From Takakia lepidozioides (Eukaryota > Plantae > Bryophyta), in contig CM060733.1 in the NCBI GenBank assembly GCA_030704615.1, forward strand, positions 61,938,001 through 62,002,000: DNA of 64,000 bases, written 5' to 3'. The translations under genes and the position numbers were made by a program. How positions within the stretch are numbered: the stretch's first letter is position 1; each line of letters begins with the position of its first letter. Positions 1-9,443 of this stretch are shown here, piece by piece. The notes under the pieces were generated by a model, which searched no databases, was not told the origin of the DNA, and saw only the letters and a list, made by a program, of their open reading frames with translations.

Positions 1-19
1 AAAACACAATGAGGTCCCT

Positions 20-870
20 GAATTGCAAATTTGGCACCATTTTCCCAGGTTGGGGCGGATCTGAGTGGGCCTAGAAATGGAAAAATGGCGCTGAATATCG
101 GTTTTCGGTGACTGCCACCCTAGGGACTTAGCCATCTTGGGAGCCCGGAACTGGAAATTCGGCGCCATTTTTCCCGGTTTGGCTCGAAGATGGCTAAGTC
201 CTAGAACGGCAATAGGGCCTAGAACTGGAAAAATGGCGGCGAATTTCCAGTTCAGGGCCAGCCATCCTAGGGACTTAGCCATTTTCGGAGCCCTGACCGG
301 AAATTCGGCGCCATTTTCCCAGGTCCGGCCCGAAAGTGGCTAAGTCCCATCTGGCCTTGACCTGGAAAAATGGCACCAAATTTCCAGTTCAGGGCCAGCC
401 ACCCTAGGGACTTAGCCATTTTTGGAGCCCTGACTGGAAATTCGGCGCCATTTTCCAGGTCCGGCCCGAAAATGGCTAAGTCCCAGAATGGCAATAGGGC
501 CCAGAACTGGAAAAATGGCGCCGAATTTCCAGTTCAAGGCCAGCCACCGTAGGGACTTGGCCATTTTCGGAGCCCTGACTGGAAATTCGGCGCCATTTTC
601 CAAGGTCCGGCCCGAAAGTGGCTAAGTCCCATATGGCCTTGACCTGGAAAAATGGCGCCGAATTTCCAGTTTAGGGCCAGCCACCCTAGGGACTTAGCCA
701 TTTTTGGAGCCCTGACTGGAAATTCGGCGCCATTTTCCCAGGTCCGGCCTGAAAGTGGCTAAGTCCCATATGGCCTTGACCTGGAAAAATGGCGCCGAAT
801 TTCCAGTTCAGGGCTAGCCACCCTAGGGACTTAGCCATTTTCGGAGCCCTGATCTGGAAATTCGGCGAAA
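20..870. repeat. Left subterminal array: ~120-bp units, each with an inverted pair of GGAAAAATGGCGCCGAATTTCC
   Basis: Directly visible tandem units (e.g. ~627-745, ~746-865); the motif alternates orientation about every 60 bp. Confidence 0.92.
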
Positions 871-3385
871 AATACAAGGATTGAAAGGAAGGCATCGCGT
901 ATGTACCTGTACAGAAGGCGCATTGCTGCTTTGTCCGCGTTCGGCTGGTCGGTGAACTCGTGGCTCCGGCGGGCATGTGGTATCTCCCGAAAGAATAGGT
1001 CGGTTTTGTAGAGCAGAAAGTACCTCGTCACATAGTCGCGTAGGCTCTCTGCTGCAGGAGAAATCTCCATCTTGAACTGATGTGCTTGTGTGTCCAGCTG
1101 CTCTTGCGCATTCATCGTCACCTGTGGAGATTCTCCATCAGATCGCATTGCTGAAAAAATACAATGAATCCACCCCCTACAAGAGTAGAAGCGCCAAACG
1201 AAGCGTGGGGAAGTACCTGAAACCACCATGTCATGCGGTTCATCCACATGTCGAATGTGGGGTCAGACAGTTTGTCCGGTTTGGGGAAGCTCCACATGTC
1301 CCTTGTACTTTGGGAACCATTCCAGATTTGGAGCCACCGGGTCTGTCCAACCACCCAACATATTCGTAAGCGCCAAACACCACAAAACGAGTTGTTGCCA
1401 CCACAATTTGGTTAAGAATGTATCACCTTTTCTGCACCATCCACACAGGATGTGGCTAGACGATGGAGCTTCTCCAAGTCATCGTGGGCTTCAGAGCGCG
1501 GGAGTAGTGCTTCCCCACCTCCACCAGAAAGTCGGCACCAAGGGCGGGATCAGCTATGGCCACGTACTTTACCATCCGCGACTTGTACTTTATGCGGGCC
1601 CTCACCTCCGCAGCTTTGAGATACGATTCGAGTGCCGGGAGGGTTAGATTCTTCTCCTCTGACTCCATGTAGAACCTCCGCGCATGTGCCAAATCCTGCT
1701 GAATTTTCATCTTTCTGAATTTTCATAAGATTAGAGATCCTGCTCAACACTTTTTCTTCTATTGGGGGAGGAGAGACATATTAGCTCAACAAAACAATCA
1801 GGAGCTTTACCCGAAATATGTAGTCCACCATGGCGTCCATGCTCAGCCTATACCAGGTTCTGTCTGCCTTTGCCTCCGACTTGCGCAGGAGGTCGGCACT
1901 GAGCGAATTGGCAAACTCTTGCACCCCCTGCTTCCCGACATCCTTCATTTGGAAGAGCATATGGGACAAGTTGGTGGCAATGAAGGCATTCTCAGTCACC
2001 CTGCAATGCCACATTTCCATCAAACAATTCTGAAATGGGAATTTACAACAAATATGAGGATTTGCAATGAAATGACTTACAATCGGATGGGTCCAAAAGC
2101 AAGAGGCGTTGTAACTTACGAGTTGATGTCCGCCATTGCAGCTTTGAGAAGACTGCGATCTTTGGGCCCCGCAACCTTCAGCACAACACACTCCACAGCG
2201 AAATGCCAATCGAGGTCGTTGGGGTGGGCTTCGGCTATGTGCTCCATTCATGCCAGGAGGCGATGATTGCCGTCCCACACGTAAAACATCTTTCCAGACA
2301 AGTGCTGGAAAAGAGGATCAGTAACAATCGATCTCTCGAACTCCTCATTTCGCCTTTGCCAATGGGGACCCCATTTGTCCACCTCATCGGAAGTGTGGGC
2401 ACGGTAAGCTCCGTGGTCGTTCTCAATGGAAATGTAAAACGCGGCAGACCCCATTCGATATCCATCCCGGAAAGAGAATTTTAGCTTGTCGATATCGCCT
2501 GGGAGGGCAGGTCTCATCACCTGCAAAGACACCAAGCGGCAAAGGGGAATTCGAAGCTTGGCCGGGTACACCATGCCCCCCAGCACCCTGCCAATGTTGC
2601 TGTGGGTTGCCTCCAACATCTTGGCAGCGGCCAACTTCATATCCGCCTCCGACATGACGTCTGCTGCGAGGGGTTCTCCGGCAGCCCACCAGGACCGCCA
2701 AATCTAGCCTGCTGCGGGTTTGGGGCCTCGGGATGTCCGGGAGGATGTCATCCTGGTCAGAAAGCTCGGTGTCATCCTCCTCAACATGGTCAACCACCGG
2801 CAAAACCACCTCGAGCACTCTCCCTGTCTCTACTGCCATCTCCCCGGCTTCACCTCGAACTTGCACAATCCGTGCTCTTTGTGGTGTTCTTTCCTCTCCT
2901 CCACTCTCCACCGTATGGGTAATTGCGGGGGCTGCTCTTGTCCGCAATGGTGTAACCGGTGTGTTACTGCCTCTTTGTGGTGTCTTGGAGGGATCCACCG
3001 TCTCTGTGCTTCCCTCGCTTACATTGGCATCTGTCATTTGGGCACCCCTGGCCTCTTCAGTGGCCTTTTCTCTTTCCTCCTGGCTAGCCTTCTGTCTCGC
3101 CTGTTCTTTTGCCCTCTCTTTTGCCCTCTCACGGGCTTTCTGTTTCTTACTAGGGCTAGCAGCTGGGGAGCCCTCCAGGATGACCACCTTTGATTGAGGC
3201 GAACTGACACCCTCGCGCGCACTGCTCACTCCCCCCTCCGCAGCCCGTGACGGCTCTCTCGCCGGGGATTGCATGTGCTTAGCTTTCTTCTTCTTCTTTG
3301 CGTGGGCGGGCCCTACTGCATGTGCATCAACAACCTCCATTGCCGGATTTGTTGTCCTCACGTCCTCACGCCCTTCACCTGCCAT
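868..3385 (-). pseudogene. Spliced accessory gene of M1 encoding a ParB/Srx-like domain protein with a basic, disordered N-terminus
   Basis: Reconstructed read: VMRPALPGDIDKLKFSFRDGY...FYVWDGNHRLLA*MEH...VECVVLKV...LLKAAMADINS|VTENAFIATNLSHML. GT-AG introns at 2001-2119, 1343-1426 and 1151-1216 (plus one near 1810). One in-frame TGA (2248-2250) and single-base homopolymer frameshifts. The 3' end runs into the repeat array at ~868. Confidence 0.7.
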
Positions 3386-4139
3386 GCCGCCTGCACCAAC
3401 CTCCCCAATGCCTATTCTGTCGTACCGTCGCTGCAAGTCCTCCCGTCCACCAACAAAAGGTTGAAGTTTGCCCTCTCGCCCCAAGTTGGGCGATTCAAAA
3501 ATGCGATGAGTTGGAGCGGTCGATGATACCACCAGCGTGTCGGGCTCGTCGTCACTCTGTCATTCCCAAAATCGTCAGAACCAACATCGGTGCCAAAACC
3601 AGCATCGCAACGAGCAGCGCAACCACCATAGCAACAATCGTGGAACAACAATGAAAACAAAACAAGTTTAGGAAGTATGGAGTGCCATGGAACAACAATG
3701 AAAACAAATCCAACCAATGCCTAAAAATGACATGCTTCCAGCGATGCCAGGATGAAGATGCAAAAACAAAGCGAAAGCGAACAAAGCGAAAGCAGAAGTG
3801 GCTTGCCTGAGAGTACTCGGCTTCAGTTGGCGCGGGTTGTGAGCAAGACACTGGAATCTCCTGCTAGAGCTTAAGTTTGGCCATGCGAGAGATTGGTTGT
3901 CGTCCGTAGTACAAAGCTTTCAACTTCCGCCGCGGTCTGGATGTGAGGTCTCTCTCAGGAGAGCCACGCCCTTCAGGCGGCATAAGTCCCAGCCACAATG
4001 GAAAAAGACCTCAGTTTTTTGGGGTACATGCCTCGAATAGAAGTTAATCCAAGATTAGCATCAGATTTAGGGTACGTATCGAGGAAGCCATGTGTCGCCA
4101 GCCCAAATAAAAACGGACGGCGGTGGACATTTAATGCCC

Positions 4140-5215
4140 ATCCGCCAGGTACGGCGGCGCGCAAAATTTCCGTCATGCAGGTAATTCGGAGAGCAGCAGG
4201 ATGGAAATTCAGAGCCGAATTTCCATCCTGCCAGGTAGGGCATCGCGCGAAATTTCCGCCACGCAAGTAATTCGGAGCCGGATGGATGGAAATGCGGCGC
4301 CGGATTTCCATCTTGTCAGGTAGGGCGGCGCGCGAAATTTCTGCCACGCAGGTAATTCGGAGCCAGATGGATGGAAATCCGGCGCCGAATTTCCATCCGC
4401 CAGGTTGGTCGGAGAGCGGATGGATGGAAATCCAGCGCCGGATTTCCATCCTGCGAGGTAGGGCGGCGCGCGAAATTTCCACCACGCAGGTAATTCGGAG
4501 CCGGATGGATGGAAATCCGGCGCCGGATTTCCATCCTGCCAGGTAGGGCGGCGCGCGAAATTTCCGCCACGCAGGTAATTCGGAGCCGGATGGATGGAAA
4601 TCCGGTGCCGAATTTCCATCCTGCCAACGTAGGGCGGCGCGCGAAATTTCCGCCACGCAGTTAATTCGGAGCCGGATGGATGGAAATCCGGCGCCGGATT
4701 TCCATCCGCCAAGTTGGTCGGAGAGCGGATGGATGGAAATTCGGCATGAATTTCCATCCGGCAGGTAGGGCGGCGCGCAAAATTTGCGTCATGCAGGTAA
4801 TTCGGAGCAGATCAGGATGGAAATTCGGCGCCGAATTTCCATTCGCCAGGTAAGTCGAAGCGTCGAATTACCTTCCTGCAGTAATTCTGAGCGTGGCCGC
4901 TTGGTTTTTCGGAGAAAAACAAAGTAAACTGTTAGTTTTGTGGCTGAAGTCCACTTTTAGACTCGTTTTTCATGGAATCCTTGACTGCTAGAGGGAAATC
5001 CGAACGGCCTCGGACGGAAATTCGGCACCGTTTTTCCATCCTGTTCGGTTTTTATATCGTCTTGTTTTGGGCCTCACCACCCGACCGGACTTCCTTTGAG
5101 GGGGCCCGGATGGAAATTCGGCGGCGAATTTCCATCCGGGGGATGCTCTTTGTCGGACCGGTGCCGGCCTCTACGCCCGAGGCGACTTCGTCCAGGCGTC
5201 ACCTGTTGGATATTC
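4140..5215. repeat. Central palindrome array, part 1 (~85-bp units with a 26-30 bp palindrome)
   Basis: Perfect 30-bp palindromes GGATGGAAATCCGGCGCCGGATTTCCATCC at 4507-4536 and 4678-4707; perfect 26-bp ATGGAAATTCGGCGCCGAATTTCCAT at 4817-4842; about 11 copies up to 5215. Confidence 0.93.
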
Positions 5216-8200
5216 TGTCGCGGCCCTTTGCCTTGAGGGCAGGGAGGTCGGGACACAAGAGGGGCCGCCCCTGTGGTGGGGGCAGTAGCAGCGATAGGTA
5301 CGGGGGCTGAAGCACCCTTGAGTGCCCAAGGCACTCAAGGAGGCGGAGGTGCTCACTAGGTGGAGCCCCGCACACCGGGTTGCGGTGGGGGTGGCTCCAC
5401 AAGGGGTGGTGGTAGCTTAGTGGGACTTAGTGGGGGTGGCATAGGACTCACCATGGGGGAGGAGACCTCGTGGTGGGAGTCGTGGGGAGTCTTGGGACTC
5501 ATCACGGTCCATAGGGGCCGTGGTGAGCGGGCCAAGACTCACCGCGACTCACCACCGGGAATCGAGGGTCTTCGTGGTGGTTCGCCATAAAATGGCATGG
5601 CTGGTTGTGAAACCCCCGCGGACAGCTACAGAAGTATATATAGGGAGTAGTAACCCCGAGAACGGTGCAAGCCCGTTGGTGACCAAAAACTAGTGAGTAA
5701 GCGAGCGAGCCGGAAAGCGACCAAAGAGTGGGGAGCTGTTCCGGACTGCCATCTACCAAAGGGAATTCTCCTAGTCCCAATTAGGTGGAGGGTTTTAGAG
5801 GGAAGCAAAAGGGGACCGTTATGTCCCGGTGAGCAGCCGAAGCTCCAAGTTGGCCCGGCGGGCAAGTTGGGAGTCAGGCGCGCGCATCAAAGCGAGTAAG
5901 ATCCGGAAGGCTTGCCGGAAGGATGAGCTGGCGAAGTCCGTGATGCAGGACTTGAGGATGGGGGTTAAATCGCAGTTCCACTTGCAAAATGGACTGCTCC
6001 GGTATAAGCAAAAGCGTCTCTACGTGCCAAAGGGAGGGATCAGAGATAGCCTCTTGAGAGAATGCCATGATAGCCCGCTTGCAGGCCACGGCGGAGCCAA
6101 GCGCACTGCGGCACTCTTGAAGAAAGAGTATTTCTGGCCCAAACTGAGGGAGGAGGCAGAGGAGTATGTCAAGACATGCACCACATGCCAACAAAACCGG
6201 AGCGAGTACAAAAAGCAAGCGGGGCTGTTACAACCCTTGCCGATTCCAGAGGGGACTTGGGAAAGCGTCTCGATGGATTTCATGACTGCTATGCCGCTGT
6301 CAAAAGGATTCGATGCAATCATGGTGGTGGTGGATAGGTTCAGTAAAATGGGCCATTTCATCCCCACCAAAGAGACGGCAACGGCGCAGGAGACAGGGCG
6401 ACTTTACTTTGCCCACGTCTTAAAGCATCATGGAGTCCCGAAGGATATTGTCTCGGATCGCGATCCTAAGTTTACGAGTAAATTTTGGAGGACACTTTGG
6501 AAGAAGATGGGGACGAGGCTGAAGATGAGCACCGCCTTCCAACCTACGACGGACGGCCAAACGGAAAGAGTGAATTCCGTAGTGAAGCAATTCTTGCGGA
6601 ATTACGTGTCGGCAGACCAATCAGACTGGGTGGAACACTTAGACGCGGCAGAGTTCTGTTATAATAACACAGAACACTCCGCAACGGGAGTTTCCCCTTT
6701 CGTGTTGGTCTATGGAAAAGCACCTCTGGTGCCGACAAGTTGGGCCGCCCAGGACGTTGAGGAACCGGCAGTAGCGGCGGTACTGGAAGAACGCGAGCGT
6801 TTGTTGAAGCTCGCAAAGTACAATATTGCCAAAGCTAGGAAACGGTATGAAAGGCAGGCGAATCGGAAGCGGAGGGAAGTGAAGTTTGAGGCAGGCACAA
6901 AGGTCTGGTTGAACATCAAGAATTTCTGACTACCTCCGGAAGTGAGTCCGAAGTTCGTGCCTCCGTATGCGGGACCCTTTCGCATTCGGAAGGTTATGAA
7001 TGAGGATGTGTATGAATTGGAGCTGTCGGCAAACAGCAAGGTGCACCCAGTATTCCATGTCTCCCTTTTGAAGCCTTACTTCAAAGATGAAGCGCGTCCG
7101 AATCGGCATCAAGTGTTGCGTCCGCCACCTATGCTGTTGGATCATGAAAATGAACCTGAGTACGAGGTGGAGGCAATACTTAAGTCGAGGAGGTTCAGGA
7201 ACCGAGAAACGGAGTATCTCGTCAAATGGAAGGGCTATCATCATGTGGAGGCATCTTGGGTGCGTGCCTCAGAAATGGGAAACGCATCCGAGGCGGTTGC
7301 AGCTTTCGAAGGGCGACCTCAAAAGCGGAAGAAGCGTTGATGGGGACATCAACCTTGGAGCGTGGGGGAGGAAATGCATGCTTAGCCCGGTTTAGCTAGC
7401 TCAGGAATCCGATTGCAAAAACTTGTATTGTACAAAAATTTGTTATAAAGGAAATGGGTTCCAAATATTGTGCGTCCTATTGTGTTTGGAATGGTGATGC
7501 ATGGTGGTTGGCTAGTGTGTAGAATGCATGCTAGCTTACAAAAGTGGGAGAGGTAAATTGGGTAATCGTGTGTTTGCGCAGTGCCGAAATCGGGTGACTC
7601 CCATCCAAGGGGCAAGGAAACTTGCACCTTCTTTGGGAGTTCACGTGCTAGTGCGCACCTGGCGCATGCGCGTACTATAACTGCGCTACCGAGGGGGTTG
7701 CCTTGTAGTGCGGGCTAACGCGGAAGCTACGTGCTTTCGTTCACGTACTATAATCGTGTAGCCTCGGGACGAAGTCGTAGTGCGGCTTTGGCGTGTTCCC
7801 GTACCTCAGGCCAGCATTCCAAGGCGGACCCAATTGTAGTGATTGGGGCGCACGGTTGGTTCAAGGTTATCTTCCTAGTCAAAGAGGGTTCCAGGTGAAC
7901 CCTTGCTCAAGGTGATGCCAAAAGCGGCATCATGAGCGATCGCAAGCAATGTTGTTGCAGTAAGGCGATTCGATCCTCGGGGAGGATCGTTCCTTGGCCT
8001 CGAAGTAGGCCAAGAAGAGTGCACTAGGAGGAGCTGGAGAGGCTCCACCTTTGGCCGGGACTTGGAGGAAGTCGGCCGAACTAGCTAGTGGAGAGTAGAG
8101 TCAAGTGTGGGGTTTGGTTCCTTGCCATGGGACGCCATGGTACAGAAACAAACTCCTTGATGTGGTAACCCCGAGAACGGTGCAAGCCCGTTGGTGACCA

Positions 8201-8456
8201 AAAACTAGTGAGTAAGCGAGCGAGCCGGAAAGCGACCAAAGAGTGGGGAGCTGTTCCGGACTGCCATCTACCAAAGGGAATTCTCCTAGTCCCAATTAGG
8301 TGGAGGGTTTTAGAGGGAAGCGAAAGGGGACCGTTATGTCCCGGTGAGCAGCCGAAGCTCCAAGTTGGCCCGGCGGCCAAGTTGGGAGTCAGGCGCGCGC
8401 ATCAAAGCGAGTAACTATGACTTGAAGGGGAGTTTACCGCAGTGAGGTGCGCGACA
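5216..8456 (+). mobile_element. Internally deleted/chimeric Ty3-gypsy chromovirus insertion (TG...CA ends, 5-bp TSD TATTC)
   Basis: TATTC at 5211-5215 and 8457-8461; termini TGTCGCG...CGCGACA; 5650-5899 is repeated at 8165-8414; splits one unit of the palindrome array. Confidence 0.88.
5900..7340 (+). pseudogene. Chromovirus integrase (HHCC zinc finger, DDE core, GPF motif) plus C-terminal chromodomain; Galadriel-like
   Basis: HDSPLAGH..CTTC, SVSMDF, VSDRDPKFTS, DGQTERVN, YAGPF, EYEVEAIL..EYLVKWKGY..ASW; in-frame TGA at 6927-6929; PPT GGGGGAGGAAA follows the stop. Confidence 0.92.
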
Positions 8457-9110
8457 TATTCGGTGCCAAATTTCCGTCCGGGGGTTGAAATGTGACGGCC
8501 AGGTGCCGGCCTCTCCCCCCTCCCCGACTGCATCGGAACGGCCCCGGATGGAAATTTGGCGCCGTTTTCCCATCTGGAGAGGTTTTTATGTCGGCCAGTT
8601 TTTGGCCTGCCCCCCCGACATGACTTCGTTTGGGGGGGCCCGGATGGAAATTTGGCGCCGAATCTCCATCCAAGGGATACTCTCTGTCGAACACGCGTCG
8701 GCCTCTACGCCCGAGGCGACTTCATCCGAGCTTCCACTGTTGGATATTCAGTGCCGAATTTCCGTCCGAGGGTTGTAATGTGAGGGCCAGGTGGCAGCCT
8801 TTCCCCCGAGCCGACTGCATCCGAACGGCCTCGGATGGAAATTCAGCGCCGTTTTTCCATCCGGGGAGGTTTTTATGTCGGCCAGTTTTTGGCCTAACCC
8901 CCCGACACGACTTCCTTTGGGGGGATCCGAATGGAAATTCGGCGCTGAATTTCCATCCGGGGGTTGTTCTCTGTCGGACAGGTTCCGGCCTCTCTGCCCG
9001 AGGCGACTTCATACGTGCGGCCCTTGCTGGATATTCGGTGCCGAATTTTCATCCGGGGGTAGTAATGTGACGGCACGGTGCCGGCTTCTCCCCTTCAGCC
9101 GACATCATCC
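8457..9110. repeat. Central palindrome array, part 2 (~95-bp spacing)
   Basis: Degenerate GGATGGAAATTCGGCGCCGAATTTCCATCC copies near 8547, 8642, 8741, 8833, 8931 and 9028; continuous with part 1 once the LTR insertion is removed. Confidence 0.9.
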
Positions 9111-9443
9111 GGACGGCCCCCCACTTTCTGACTGCATACCGTTGGCAGTTATTGCGCAAAGACCAGGGGCCGCATTCCTGAGACAAGGTTCATTAACACA
9201 CTGACTCTGGATTTTTGAGATAGTTGGCTCCCTGGATTTGGATCAGGCTTTGTCGCTCGGACAAATCGGCACCGCATTCCTTCCCATCGCTGCATCCCCC
9301 TTCTACCAGGGATCTTGCCCGCACGCCATCCTGGGAGTCTTGTGTGCACATCTCCCATGGCGGAAAACCCGAGCGCTACAGTGTACTGCCCTCCTCACGA
9401 GCATAGAGCTTCATTTCCGTGCAGAGGGGACATCTGCCGGGTG

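Noticed and set aside
137-976. Multiple short ORFs in the repeat arrays (also 3973-4757, 8434-9204, 13051-13620, 53280-54092)
   Set aside because: They are translations of GC-rich tandem repeats with repetitive peptides on both strands.
2248-2655. Bacterial contamination explaining the ParB-like ORF
   Set aside because: The gene has GT-AG introns, including one inside the domain, and sits within a plant MULE nested with plant LTR elements.
4140-4860. CRISPR-like array (palindromic ~30-bp repeats at regular spacing)
   Set aside because: The spacers are themselves repeated rather than unique, there are no cas genes, and the context is a eukaryotic transposon.
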